Source of the DNA: Ferruginibacter sp.
GTDB lineage: Bacteria > Bacteroidota > Bacteroidia > Chitinophagales > Chitinophagaceae
NCBI GenBank assembly: GCA_014379905.1
Contig: JACMKX010000157.1
Location: 19,983 to 83,982, forward strand
Length of the DNA stretch: 64,000 bases
Reading direction: 5' to 3'
Below are positions 44,847 to 54,873 of the stretch, piece by piece. The notes beneath the pieces were generated by a model, which was not told the origin of the DNA, made no database searches, and saw nothing but the letters and a program-made list of their open reading frames with translations. Each line of letters begins with the position of its first letter. The first letter of the stretch is position 1. The translations under genes were made by a program, and so were the position numbers.

Positions 44847-45784
44847 TACCTGACAAACACATCCCTCTTTAAAAACCCCAGCAACGTAAACCACTGCGAA
44901 TAAAAAACATAGCGCCCCTGTATTTCCCTGCCGCCTATGGCGTACCAGAACCAGATGGCAATTGACACCCCGAACTTAAAAAGAAACTCGAAGAATTTAA
45001 TAACCACTGCGCCGGTACCATCTTTAAGGCGAACCCGTAACTTTTCTTCATTGCCGGTTTTTAAATACAACGTTTTAAGATAACTGAACTGCAATCTTCT
45101 GCCGGGAATATTGTGCCTTACCAGGGCAGTGGGCACATAATAAATTTCGGGATTGATATTTTTGATGGCGATGTAAATATATTTATCATCTCCCCTAAAA
45201 GTAAGCAGGGTATTGAAACCACCAATTTCTTCCAGGTATTTTTTGCGGTAAGCCATATTGCAACCGATGGGATATTTCATTCGTCCTTTGAATAATCTTG
45301 TATCGCCACCCAGGTCAACATGCGCAATAAACCCATTGAGCCAGCTGCTCATCCATATTGGTTTTGGTTTTTCGCTGTACTTGGGCAATATTCTTCCGCC
45401 TGCACCGGCGGCATCTATATGTTGATTAAAAAAAGATAGATAATTTTCCAACAAATCGGGTTCTGCTTCTGCATCATCATCCAGGTAAACCAATATTTCT
45501 CCTGTTGCTTCATGAATGCCCCTGTCCCTTCCAAATGAAACCCCTTTCTGGTCCTCATATACATAGCGGAAAGGAAGAGCAGGATTTTGATGTAAAAAAT
45601 CTTTTACCAGCGCTGCTGTATCATCTGTGCAATGATTGTCAACTATCACTACTTCATATTTATCTTTTGAAAGGCTTTGCCAGGCCAGGCATTGTAAGCA
45701 GGTAATAATATAGGCCTGCCTGTTGTAAGTGCTGATAATTACGCTGATAATGGGAGAAATAGCATTCATATTTACTGAACGCAA
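44846..45784 (-). CDS. Family 2 glycosyltransferase
   Basis: 312 aa with ISVIISTYNRQAYI and VYLDDDAE (DxD) motifs. Confidence 0.85.
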   Translation of the reverse strand: MRSVNMNAISPIISVIISTYNRQAYIITCLQCLAWQSLSKDKYEVVIVDNHCTDDTAALVKDFLHQNPALPFRYVYEDQKGVSFGRDRGIHEATGEILVYLDDDAEAEPDLLENYLSFFNQHIDAAGAGGRILPKYSEKPKPIWMSSWLNGFIAHVDLGGDTRLFKGRMKYPIGCNMAYRKKYLEEIGGFNTLLTFRGDDKYIYIAIKNINPEIYYVPTALVRHNIPGRRLQFSYLKTLYLKTGNEEKLRVRLKDGTGAVVIKFFEFLFKFGVSIAIWFWYAIGGREIQGRYVFYSQWFTLLGFLKRDVFVR

Positions 45785-45833
45785 AGAAAAGATTTATTCA
45801 GCATAATTGGCTAACTATTCAGAGTTTTGCAGC

Positions 45834-46409
45834 ATGATCAGACAGTTGTGCATTTGGATATTTGAGTTATCCGGGTGGAAAGCGAGCCGTGATGTTCCAC
45901 CAGCAATAAAAAAATGCATCATCATTGGTGCACCTCATACCAGTAACCGGGATTTTTGGTATTGCCTGGCCACTTTTAAAATGTACAGGCTGCGTATCCG
46001 TTTCACTATTAAAAAGGAATGGATGCGTTTTCCTTTTAATTTATTGATGAGGCCCTTAGGCGGCATTGGTATCGACAGGAGTGCACGTGGACCCAACAAT
46101 GAGCGGCCCGGTTTTACAGAAGCCATGACAGAACTTTTTAATAAAAATGAGGAGCTCATTATTGTAGTAACGCCGGAAGGCACAAGAGGAAGGAACGATA
46201 AATGGAAAACTGGTTTTTATCATATTGCCAAAGCTGCCAATGTTCCTATCTGTATGGGCTATGTCGATTATAAAAATAAAGTAACAGGTGTATGCAAACC
46301 TTTTTATCCAACGGATTATGAGAAGGACATGAAAATGATCATGAATTTTTATAAGACGATCACGCCGAAGTTTCCGGAGAATTTTGCGGTGGATAGGGAA
46401 TTTCAATAA
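45834..46409 (+). CDS. 1-acyl-sn-glycerol-3-phosphate acyltransferase-like (PlsC family)
   Basis: ATG at 45834. HTSNRD (Hx4D) and VTPEGTRG acyltransferase blocks are present. Confidence 0.75.
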   Translation: MIRQLCIWIFELSGWKASRDVPPAIKKCIIIGAPHTSNRDFWYCLATFKMYRLRIRFTIKKEWMRFPFNLLMRPLGGIGIDRSARGPNNERPGFTEAMTELFNKNEELIIVVTPEGTRGRNDKWKTGFYHIAKAANVPICMGYVDYKNKVTGVCKPFYPTDYEKDMKMIMNFYKTITPKFPENFAVDREFQ

Positions 46410-46466
46410 AAAAAGGTAAACCCAATATTCTTAACAATAGTTCAAAAATACTTTCAATTGAAAAAA

Positions 46467-47279
46467 CTATAGGATCTTAACTGAATCTTTCTTCTCCCTT
46501 TTTAATGAGTCTAAAATGTATCGTAGGTCAATATGTATTGGGGTAGAATCAGTTAGTTTCACTGAAGCAGCTATTTGTGAATACTTTTCAGAATACATCT
46601 TTAAATCAATATCCGGGTTTGAAAAAAACTTCAAATATTGTTTGATAGGCATCAGGCCCATCATGGTTCTCCTTGATGGCAACTCATTAAAATAGATAAC
46701 GGGATATAAAGTAAACTTGCCATCATACTGCATCATTTGGGTTCCGTAATATTGCTGTCTCCTCAACATAAGATTTAATTTATCTTCATAGACTGCAACA
46801 GTTTCGTAATCAATTTTTCTTTTTCGTATCGCATCTATTAGAAATGGATAATATTTCAATTTTGTTCTAACGCCTGCGTGCACCATAACCATTGTTATTG
46901 CTTTGGCTCCAACCATGCCAACATCACCGATGTTTAACCACCCGTGTTTCTCAATAATTTTCGTGATAATTTGCAAATTTTTGTCATCAAGCTCATCTTG
47001 TCTTTTTTTATTTTTTTTATACAGTTTGTTATCGGTCACACTCCTAAACTTTTGATCATTTCTATAAACTGAATCAAGAATAGGCACGAGATACTTCAGA
47101 CTATCGGGGACATTCTTTAGGTAAACATCTTTAAAATTGTCCATCCATTTCAAGTTGGTATTTACGTCACTTTTTGAGGGTTTGCATTGAACAAGAGCAA
47201 GTGTAGTTATTAGGCAAAAAAAAAAATTCATCATGAATAGCTTTAAATGATAATTAGAGTTTCCCCTGATTCTCAGCAA
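46467..47279 (-). CDS. Hypothetical lipoprotein, AT-rich gene
   Basis: 270-aa ORF. The probable start is MMNFFFCLITTLALVQC (about 47234). Homopolymer runs (A10-11 at about 47216-47226, T7AT8 at 47003-47018) lie inside the coding sequence. No confident family assignment. Confidence 0.55.
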   Translation of the reverse strand: MLRIRGNSNYHLKLFMMNFFFCLITTLALVQCKPSKSDVNTNLKWMDNFKDVYLKNVPDSLKYLVPILDSVYRNDQKFRSVTDNKLYKKNKKRQDELDDKNLQIITKIIEKHGWLNIGDVGMVGAKAITMVMVHAGVRTKLKYYPFLIDAIRKRKIDYETVAVYEDKLNLMLRRQQYYGTQMMQYDGKFTLYPVIYFNELPSRRTMMGLMPIKQYLKFFSNPDIDLKMYSEKYSQIAASVKLTDSTPIHIDLRYILDSLKREKKDSVKIL

Positions 47280-47662
47280 GATAAATTATTTTGTGGACCA
47301 GTAGTAATGTGAATGCTTCATAACCGAATAAGCGATTAACTCTAATCTATCTTCATAGGTTAGGACCTCATTTCGGATTAATACAGCTTCAATTTTGTCA
47401 TTTATATATTCATTAATTTCAGGCAGCTCTGCACCTTCACTTACAAGGTCTGCCAAGCTGGGGACAGATAAGGCCCATAAGCAGGTAATGGCGCTCAGGG
47501 CTGTATTATTCAATAAAGTCAGGGAAGTAGAAGAATGGGAAGATCCCAATACACCAGGCAGGGTTGAGGAGCGGGCGAAGCTGGCCATTGAAGTAGTGTT
47601 GGGCTACAGGGCAAACCAAAGGAAGGGTGTCATTTAATTGGCGCTCCTTTATTATTTTCATT

Positions 47663-48160
47663 TTATTGAATTACTTCTGCTTTATTAAAAGCATCCTCTG
47701 TAGCGCCTTCACTGGTATCAGCATCCATCCATATTTTCCATACCCCGTTTTCCCGTCTTATCAACACATGAAATTTACCGATATTGCTGGTTTTTTCACC
47801 AGTTTTATTATTAGTATAAGTGGTTTTGTAATATCCTACTTCAAAAGCCCGGTCATTTTTTGCAATCCTTTGTACAAATCTTAATTCAATATTTTTAATC
47901 CATTCTGTTTTTTGGTTTTTCAGGCTGTCGGGTAGTGGTTTAAAATATTGTTCGTATCCAAAAATGTCCTTACCATCCTGTATCACCCTTGTTACTTCCT
48001 TGCTGTGAACAGATTTGAATCCTTCCCTATCATCTGAGTTAAAGTAACGGATAAAAGGCTTCCATACCTGCTCATCAATTTCTTTAGTAAGATCGTTGTG
48101 CTGGGCTGATACAGTCACACTGCTTAAAAGCACCATCCCTGCAAAAAAAATAAAATATTT
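47663..48160 (-). CDS. Secreted NTF2-like (SnoaL/DUF4440-type) small protein
   Basis: Start MKYFIFFAGMVLLSSVTVSAQ at 48160. Size and the W.PF...FN..D.E.F pattern suggest an NTF2-like fold, called by eye only. It starts 32 nt after the DPP-IV stop. Confidence 0.45.
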   Translation of the reverse strand, partial: KYFIFFAGMVLLSSVTVSAQHNDLTKEIDEQVWKPFIRYFNSDDREGFKSVHSKEVTRVIQDGKDIFGYEQYFKPLPDSLKNQKTEWIKNIELRFVQRIAKNDRAFEVGYYKTTYTNNKTGEKTSNIGKFHVLIRRENGVWKIWMDADTSEGATEDAFNKAEVIQ

Positions 48161-48191
48161 CATAACCTTTATCGTTTCCCGTATCAAAAAA

Positions 48192-50378
48192 TTATTTTCC
48201 TCCCGGGGGGCAATTCTTCTTTAAAAATTCTGTATACAAGGTCGATAAATGTTGTGAAGTTCCCACCCCTTCATTAATACTATGCGTACGGTTAGGATAA
48301 GCCATTAACTGAAATTGTTTATCGTATTTTATTAATTCATTGATAAGTAATTCCGCATTGCTATAATGCACATTATCATCCCCTGTACCATGAATGTACA
48401 ATAGGTTCCCTTTTAATCCTTTTGCGTATGTAACGGGTGACCCATTTACAAATTCGGCCATATTTTCTTTCGGCAGGCCCATGTATCGTTCCTGGTAAAT
48501 ATTGTCGTAAAACAATTGATTGGATACAGCTGCAATAGAAATACCGGTTTGAAATATTTCAGGATAGCGAAACAATAAATGCAGGGTAGAAGAACCTCCG
48601 CCACTCCAGCCCCATACCGCCACCCGGCTCTTATCCATATAAGGTAAGGCCAACAATTTTTTCATGCCCGTTGCCATGTCGTTTATATTAAGGTCTCCTA
48701 CCTTGCGATAAATAGATTTTCGCCAGGCAGCCCCTTTTAAAGCAGGTGTACCTCGGTTGTCGATAGCCACCTGTATATAACCATCGGCAGGCATATCACC
48801 ATTGTATAAAAAATTAGATTGATTGCCATAGGTATCATCCGTTGTTGTTGCTGCGGGCTCTCCGTATACATACAATACCACGGGATATTTTTTATTGGGA
48901 TCAAAATTATTTGGTTTATTGATCCAGGCATCCAGCTTAACATTGTCGTCTGTAACCACCTGCGTGTATTCAACATTTACAGACGCATCTTTTTTAATTA
49001 TTTTTTCTAGGCTTTTTGCAGACTGTAATGCTTTATGATCAGGCAGGGATACCCATTCTGTAACATTAGGTGTATTGTAATTACTGAAAGAATGACGTGC
49101 TACTTTTCCGCTGGGCGATACCTGGTATGTATGTGTTCCTTTTAAAGCTGCCGGCGATACCAATTCAGGCTCCTCTTTAGGATTATTTAGCCTGACCCTG
49201 TACATATATAACTGGGTAGCATTGTCGGGTGACGCAGAAAAGTAAACATAATTGCCTGGTTCATCAACCGCCAGTATTTTTCCAATATCATAATTTCCTT
49301 TGGTAAGCAATGTAACAATTTTACCATCACGGCTGATGCGGTAAATATGACGCCAGCCATCTTTTTCACTCACCCATAAAAACTCCAGGCCTTTGTTTAC
49401 CCATTTCCATCCGCCTGGCTCGCCGGTGAGTTCTGCCGAATTAAGATCAACCCAGGCATCATCATTTTCGGCCCAAAAAGTAGTGGCATTTCCGTCGCTG
49501 GTACGGCAATATATAAGTTTGCTCTCCTGTTGTTTGCGATCGAGTTGCTGTACGATCAATTCATTAGGATTAGACCATTCCATCCTGGTAATATAATGCT
49601 GCTGCGGGTCTCCTTCAATCTTCATCCAGCGGATAAGGCCACCATTTAAGGTAACCACGCCAATTTTAGCAGGCGAAGGCGATTCTCCCACTTTTGGATA
49701 TTCTACCGGGATTACTTTTGAATAATTGGAATCAGTGGTATTAAGCATGTAATAGTCCCTGATCTTTGTAGCGTCTACCTGCCAAAAAGCGATCTGTTTG
49801 CTATCGGGGCTCCAGCGAAAACCATCCCTGCAACCAAATTCTTCTTCATATGCCCAGTCAAATGTTCCGTTGATAAGTTTTCGTGTACCGTCAGCCGTTA
49901 GCTTTCTTACCAGGGAAGTGCCCAGGTCTTCTACATACAGGTTATTTCCACTTACGTAAGCTACATATTTATTATCGGGAGAGAATTTTGCAAACATTAA
50001 AGAACGGTCCGGCAATCCCTGACCCAGTTTTTTTAACTGGCTGTTGGTTGTATTCAATACCCAATAATCGCCACGGGAATTGTATCGCCATACTTTGGCG
50101 GTATTGGTAAACAATAAGATTTTGGTTCTGTCCGAGCTGTAATCAAAACTTTGCAGTTTCAATGCATCGCTATTACCCGGAGGGGTAAGCAGTGCCTTAC
50201 CTACTACTACAGATTCTGCTTCTGTTTTAGGATCTGTTTTCACGATCCCATCGGAAGTAAGTTTATAATAACCTGTTCCATCCGCGGTCCAGTTAATGGC
50301 ACGTGATTGTGCCGTAGCGAGCATTGAGTAAAAGCTGCACAGTATTAATACCAATCTTATTTTAAGCATATAACTCAT
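48192..50378 (-). CDS. Dipeptidyl-peptidase IV (S9B prolyl oligopeptidase family)
   Basis: 728 aa with a DPPIV N-terminal propeller region (FDWAYEEEF), nucleophile elbow GWSGGG, and C-terminal GTGDDNVH / NRTHSI. Confidence 0.9.
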   Translation of the reverse strand: MSYMLKIRLVLILCSFYSMLATAQSRAINWTADGTGYYKLTSDGIVKTDPKTEAESVVVGKALLTPPGNSDALKLQSFDYSSDRTKILLFTNTAKVWRYNSRGDYWVLNTTNSQLKKLGQGLPDRSLMFAKFSPDNKYVAYVSGNNLYVEDLGTSLVRKLTADGTRKLINGTFDWAYEEEFGCRDGFRWSPDSKQIAFWQVDATKIRDYYMLNTTDSNYSKVIPVEYPKVGESPSPAKIGVVTLNGGLIRWMKIEGDPQQHYITRMEWSNPNELIVQQLDRKQQESKLIYCRTSDGNATTFWAENDDAWVDLNSAELTGEPGGWKWVNKGLEFLWVSEKDGWRHIYRISRDGKIVTLLTKGNYDIGKILAVDEPGNYVYFSASPDNATQLYMYRVRLNNPKEEPELVSPAALKGTHTYQVSPSGKVARHSFSNYNTPNVTEWVSLPDHKALQSAKSLEKIIKKDASVNVEYTQVVTDDNVKLDAWINKPNNFDPNKKYPVVLYVYGEPAATTTDDTYGNQSNFLYNGDMPADGYIQVAIDNRGTPALKGAAWRKSIYRKVGDLNINDMATGMKKLLALPYMDKSRVAVWGWSGGGSSTLHLLFRYPEIFQTGISIAAVSNQLFYDNIYQERYMGLPKENMAEFVNGSPVTYAKGLKGNLLYIHGTGDDNVHYSNAELLINELIKYDKQFQLMAYPNRTHSINEGVGTSQHLSTLYTEFLKKNCPPGGK

Positions 50379-50459
50379 TATTTAAGACTAAAAATAGGAA
50401 AATAATGCGGTCGGTTTTATTACATATTGTTAAACGGCCCGGGTTTTTGCAACAAATGC

Positions 50460-50467
50460 TATTTTTG
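50460..50467 (+). promoter_or_regulatory. -7 box TATTTTTG upstream of the S4-domain gene
   Basis: Matches TAnnTTTG, 19 nt upstream of ATG 50487. Confidence 0.5.
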
Positions 50468-50486
50468 CAGGATTAAAACAGGTTAT

Positions 50487-50870
50487 ATGCAAGGGGAGAA
50501 ATTAAGACTGGATAAATATTTATGGTCTGTCCGCCTGTTCAAAACCCGCAGCCAGGCTTCAGAAGCTTGTGAAAAGGGTAAGGTAAAATACCAGGGACAT
50601 TCTGCCAAAGCTTCCAAAACCGTTTCTGTAAATGATGAGTACGAGGTGAAGACAGAGGCGAAAAAGTGGCTCATAAAAGTAACAGGTTTATTGCATACAA
50701 GGGTTCAATACAGCGAAGCCATCAATTTTTATATGGATATTACACCCGCAGAAGAAATTGACCGCATACAGTTTGAAGCCAGCGCCTTTCATACGGGCAA
50801 ACGACTGAGTAAAGTAGGACGACCGACAAAGAAACAGAAGAGGGATATGGATAGTTTTTTGGATCCCTAG
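50487..50870 (+). CDS. RNA-binding S4 domain protein (Hsp15-like)
   Basis: MQGEKLRLDKYLWSVRLFKTRSQASEACEKGKVKYQG is the S4 alpha-L motif. Confidence 0.8.
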   Translation: MQGEKLRLDKYLWSVRLFKTRSQASEACEKGKVKYQGHSAKASKTVSVNDEYEVKTEAKKWLIKVTGLLHTRVQYSEAINFYMDITPAEEIDRIQFEASAFHTGKRLSKVGRPTKKQKRDMDSFLDP

Positions 50871-50875
50871 TAATG

Positions 50876-50972
50876 AGGAATAAGAAATATCCAATAAGGA
50901 ATAAGGAAGCATCTTCTTCCTGAATAATGCCGAATGACAGCTATTTTTAATTCGTGTAATTCGTGCAATTCG
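50876..50972. repeat. AGGAATAAG words followed by inverted CACGAATT stutter
   Basis: gaggaataagaaatatccaataaggaataaggaag (50876-50909) and aattcgtgtaattcgtgcaattcg (50949-50972). The latter is close to the reverse complement of 15081-15104. Confidence 0.85.
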
Positions 50973-50993
50973 ATATAATTAGTGTAACTAAAA

Positions 50994-51671
50994 ATGAAAA
51001 TAGACATCATCACCGTTGTTCCCGGCCTTTTGGAATCTCCTTTTTCGCACAGCATTTTAAAACGTGCCAACGACAAAGGTTTATTAGAAGTTAATGTGAT
51101 CAACCTTAGGGAGTATACCAGTTATGCCAGGGCGCAGGTAGACGATTATCCTTTTGGTGGAGGCGCCGGTATGGTAATGATGGTAGAGCCATTGGTAAAT
51201 GCAATTGAAAGCCTCCAACAAAAAAACACTTATGATGAAATTATTTTTTTAACGCCTGACGGGGAAACTTTCAACCAGCAAATGGCCAACAGCCTTTCAC
51301 TCAAAAATAACCTGTTGATGATATGCGGGCATTACAAAGGTATTGACCAAAGGGTAAGAGAACATTTTGTTACGAGGGAAATATCAATTGGCGATTATGT
51401 GCTGAGTGGCGGGGAACTTGCTGCAGCTGTATTAACAGATGCCATCGGCAGGCTCATTCCGGGAGTTTTAAATGATGAAACATCGGCGCTTAGTGATTCT
51501 TTCCAGGATAATTTACTGGCACCGCCCGTGTACACCCGCCCCGAAATATACCGTGGCTGGAAAGTGCCTGATGTACTCATGAGCGGTAATCATAAACTGA
51601 TAGATGAGTGGCGGCATGAACAATCACTGGTAAGAACAAAAGATCGCAGGCCCGACCTGCTGGATAAATAA
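50994..51671 (+). CDS. trmD: tRNA (guanine37-N1)-methyltransferase
   Basis: 225 aa with [28 protein letters not shown] and [14 protein letters not shown]. Confidence 0.95.
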   Translation: MKIDIITVVPGLLESPFSHSILKRANDKGLLEVNVINLREYTSYARAQVDDYPFGGGAGMVMMVEPLVNAIESLQQKNTYDEIIFLTPDGETFNQQMANSLSLKNNLLMICGHYKGIDQRVREHFVTREISIGDYVLSGGELAAAVLTDAIGRLIPGVLNDETSALSDSFQDNLLAPPVYTRPEIYRGWKVPDVLMSGNHKLIDEWRHEQSLVRTKDRRPDLLDK

Positions 51672-51675
51672 CAAT

Positions 51676-51707
51676 AAAAAAGCCTCTTACAATAAGAGGC
51701 TTTTTTA
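51676..51707. terminator. Bidirectional terminator
   Basis: aaaaagcctctta-caa-taagaggcttttt between convergent trmD and the LolA-like gene. Confidence 0.85.
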
Positions 51708-51723
51708 TTGAATGTGTTTGAAC

Positions 51724-52422
51724 TTAGTTCGTAAATATTTTTTCGTCCACAGCAACATTGGTAGAGATTTTATCGAACACAATATTTCCCTGGGTGGTAT
51801 TGTTAGTATACGCAAACAGGAAACCATCCGCATTTTTCTTATAATCGGTGTACACTGTTTCAAGATCCATACTCTGGCCATTTACTTCTCTTGTGGCAGT
51901 TGTTTTAACCAACAGGTTTGTTTGTGTATCAATAAAATAAAAACTGGTTTCACCATTTTTAACCACCTTAAGTTTATAAGCATCGCCGCCTGATAATTTT
52001 TCTGTGCTTACATATTCAACAGTATATCCTTTTTCTTTATAGTTAAAAAGTGATCCCTGGATATCCATCTGACTTTTGGTTGATTTAAGCTGATCAGCAG
52101 TCATTTCCTGTGGAGCATCCATTTGCTGAATGGGCATAAATACCCAGCCCTTTGTTTCATTGGCCAGTTGATAATTAGCGGTACCCATTATTTCAAGGTC
52201 CATTCTCATGCCTTTCAAATGAACTTTTGTCAAAGTTACCGGTATATCAATACCCTGTGTACTCAGACTTCCTTCCATTTTTACAGATTTTAGTGAGGCC
52301 AGTTTTTCCGCCCCACCCATGGCAGTAATATTTTTTGCAACAATTTCATCAGCAGTTTGAGCCGACACATTAAAAGCTGCAAAGCAAAGCGCAGCAGCAA
52401 AAAGCGTTTTAAGCGTTTTCAT
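51724..52422 (-). CDS. Secreted LolA-fold-like (outer-membrane lipoprotein-sorting-like) protein
   Basis: 232 aa with signal MKTLKTLFAAALCFAAFNVSAQ. The TADEIVAKNITAMGG...L.S.KM.G pattern is common in LolA_like/DUF4367-type proteins. Tentative. Confidence 0.5.
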   Translation of the reverse strand: MKTLKTLFAAALCFAAFNVSAQTADEIVAKNITAMGGAEKLASLKSVKMEGSLSTQGIDIPVTLTKVHLKGMRMDLEIMGTANYQLANETKGWVFMPIQQMDAPQEMTADQLKSTKSQMDIQGSLFNYKEKGYTVEYVSTEKLSGGDAYKLKVVKNGETSFYFIDTQTNLLVKTTATREVNGQSMDLETVYTDYKKNADGFLFAYTNNTTQGNIVFDKISTNVAVDEKIFTN

Positions 52423-52559
52423 TCTTATTTGGTTTAATTTTAAGCGTTTTTATATCTTACGCAAGATATGTAAATAATGTATCTATCTGTTTTTTTGAAA
52501 TACCTTTTACAAGTCAATTCAACCATTCAAAATAATTGACAATTTAAGTCTATATCAAT

Positions 52560-54206
52560 ATGCCGTCATCACTTAAAATACGGGGAAATATCGTAGCGAT
52601 CCTTGAAAAAAAAGCTTTTTTGGGAACGGTAGAAGTGGAGAATGGAAAAATAATTGCTCTTGAAAAATTAAGGGATCAAGCAGATCCTGCCTTTCCTTTT
52701 ATCTGCCCCGGTTTTATCGATAGCCATGTACATATTGAAAGCAGTATGCTCGTACCATCGGAGTTTGCCAAATTAGCTGTAGTTCATGGCACTACAGGCA
52801 CCATCAGTGACCCCCATGAAATAGCCAACGTTTGTGGAATAGCCGGCGTTCATTACATGATCAATAATGGCAACACGGTTCCTTTCAAATTTCATTTTGG
52901 GGCACCAAGTTGTGTACCTGCCACTATTTTTGAAACGGCGGGCGCCGCTTTAAATGCGGCTGATGTAGATACGCTGCTGGCCATGCGGGAAATAAAATAC
53001 CTGAGTGAGATGATGAATTTTCCGGGTGTGCTAGGTGGCGATGAAGAGGTGATGCAAAAAATAGCTTCCGCAAAAAAATACCAAAAACCTGTTGACGGGC
53101 ATGCTCCCGGCCTTCGTGGGGAAATGGCTAAAAAATATATTGATGCCGGCATTAGTACCGATCATGAATGTTTTACTGCAGAAGAAGCGCTCGACAAACT
53201 TCAGTACGGCATGAAAATTTTAATACGGGAAGGAAGTGCTGCTAAAAATTTTGAAGCACTGATTGGCCTGATGGAAGATCATTATGAAAACATGATGTTC
53301 TGCAGCGATGATAAACACCCCGACAGTTTGATGGAAGGACATATCAACCAGCTTTGCGCAAGAGCTGTTGCTAAAGGAGTCAATGTTTATAAAGTATTAC
53401 AGGCAGCCTGCATCAATCCTGTACTGCATTATAAAATGGAAAATGGTTTGTTGAGAGAAGGAGATGCTGCAGATTTTATTGTACTGAAAGATTTAAAAAG
53501 CTTTACAGTACTGCAAACTTATATTGATGGAGAACTGGTTGCTGAGAACGGCGAATCACTTATAAAGACAAAAACAGCTACCATCATTAATGCGTTTAAT
53601 TGTACAAAAAAAACGCCCGCCGACTTTTTGATCCCATCATCCGGCAATCAATTAATACCAGTGATTGAGGCATTGGATGGACAACTTATCACCAATAAAC
53701 TTCATCTTCCTGCATTAATAAAAAACAAAGAATTAGTGAGTGATGTTGAAAATGATGTTTTGAAAATAGTAGTGGTTAATCGTTACCTGGATGCACCCAT
53801 CGCCAAAGCATTCATTAAAAACATCGGCATCAAACAAGGAGCATTGGCTTCTTCTGTTGCACACGACAGTCATAATATTGTTGCGGTTGGTGTTGACGAT
53901 GAAAGCATCTGCAAGGCAGTGAATCTTATTATTCAACAAAGAGGTGGGGTAAGTGCCGTTGGCAACGAAAAAGAAATGTTGCTGGGTTTACCCATTGCGG
54001 GATTGATGAGTGCAGAAGATGGTTACAAGGTAGCCGCAGCGTATACAGCTATTGATCGTTTTACAAAAGAAGAACTGGGAAGTAAGCTCGGAGCTCCTTT
54101 TATGACACTGTCTTTTATGGCCCTGCTGGTGATCCCTCATTTAAAGCTAAGTGACAGTGGATTATTTGATGGAGATAGTTTTCAATTTGAAAATGAGTGG
54201 ATTTGA
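52560..54206 (+). CDS. ade: Adenine deaminase
   Basis: 548 aa with [21 protein letters not shown] and TDHE metal-binding blocks of the amidohydrolase adenine deaminases. Confidence 0.9.
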   Translation: MPSSLKIRGNIVAILEKKAFLGTVEVENGKIIALEKLRDQADPAFPFICPGFIDSHVHIESSMLVPSEFAKLAVVHGTTGTISDPHEIANVCGIAGVHYMINNGNTVPFKFHFGAPSCVPATIFETAGAALNAADVDTLLAMREIKYLSEMMNFPGVLGGDEEVMQKIASAKKYQKPVDGHAPGLRGEMAKKYIDAGISTDHECFTAEEALDKLQYGMKILIREGSAAKNFEALIGLMEDHYENMMFCSDDKHPDSLMEGHINQLCARAVAKGVNVYKVLQAACINPVLHYKMENGLLREGDAADFIVLKDLKSFTVLQTYIDGELVAENGESLIKTKTATIINAFNCTKKTPADFLIPSSGNQLIPVIEALDGQLITNKLHLPALIKNKELVSDVENDVLKIVVVNRYLDAPIAKAFIKNIGIKQGALASSVAHDSHNIVAVGVDDESICKAVNLIIQQRGGVSAVGNEKEMLLGLPIAGLMSAEDGYKVAAAYTAIDRFTKEELGSKLGAPFMTLSFMALLVIPHLKLSDSGLFDGDSFQFENEWI

Positions 54207-54265
54207 AAATTTGAAAATGAGTGGATTTGAAAATTTGAAAATGAGCGGATTTGAAAATTTGAAAT
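54186..54265. repeat. 24-bp tandem repeat x3.3 overlapping the ade stop codon
   Basis: tttgaaaatgagtggatttgaaaa at 54186, 54210 and 54234 (the third copy has one substitution), plus partial tttgaaat. The ade stop TGA (54204-54206) lies in copy 1. Confidence 0.95.
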
Positions 54266-54293
54266 TAATGCTCCATAACAGCACACTCCTACA

Positions 54294-54327
54294 TTGGCTC
54301 ATTTTCAAATTACTAAATTTTCAAATT
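54294..54327. repeat. Inverted partner of the 24-bp repeat, overlapping the stop codon of the convergent gene
   Basis: ttggctcattttcaaattactaaattttcaaatt contains gctcattttcaaa, the reverse complement of tttgaaaatgagc. Confidence 0.85.
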
Positions 54328-54742
54328 AAAATTTCGCCGACACCACTTTCATCGCAATACTATCTGTTCCTTTGGGTGCAAAATATTTTGATTTAAAAGA
54401 TTTGCTTTCGCCGGGTGCCACTGATTCATAGATCATTTCCTGGTCTTCCTGGAGCAATACACCGGTTTTGCTGTAAAAGAATAATTTCACATCAATATCT
54501 TTAAACGTCGCCATTTTTGCATTGTTTTGGATCTTTCCTCTCACAACCGTCTGACCCAGGAGGTTCTTCTTATCAGTACCTTTTACACTGATAAAATTTT
54601 CAGGTGATTTTTTCTCAATTTCCTCCAAAGACAGCTTGGTGTCTTCATACTTGTCTGCGATCTTTTTATCTTTACTTTCATCACTTGTACAGGCAGTAAA
54701 TAGGAACCCAAGCCCTAGTAAACAGAAGAATAAACTTTTCAT
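54326..54742 (-). CDS. Hypothetical lipoprotein
   Basis: 138 aa with MKSLFFCLLGLGFLFTAC lipobox. No recognisable domain. Confidence 0.6.
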   Translation of the reverse strand: MKSLFFCLLGLGFLFTACTSDESKDKKIADKYEDTKLSLEEIEKKSPENFISVKGTDKKNLLGQTVVRGKIQNNAKMATFKDIDVKLFFYSKTGVLLQEDQEMIYESVAPGESKSFKSKYFAPKGTDSIAMKVVSAKF

Positions 54743-54806
54743 TTTTGTTGCTGGTTATTTATTAAAAGAGATCACCAAAAATAAGGGTGCTCCTTTAAAT
54801 TAATAT

Positions 54807-54814
54807 AGATTTGT
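54807..54814 (+). promoter_or_regulatory. -7 box TAGATTTG upstream of upp
   Basis: Matches TAnnTTTG, 60 nt upstream of ATG 54874. Confidence 0.45.
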
Positions 54815-54873
54815 GGCCAGGCGGCTAAAAATTAACAGTTAGCCTGGTATATCAAGTAAAAAGCAAGCAATAC

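Noticed and set aside
54186-54265. The 24-bp tandem array as a CRISPR array
   Set aside because: The units are directly adjacent with no spacers, there are only about 3.3 copies, there are no cas genes, and the array overlaps a coding sequence end.
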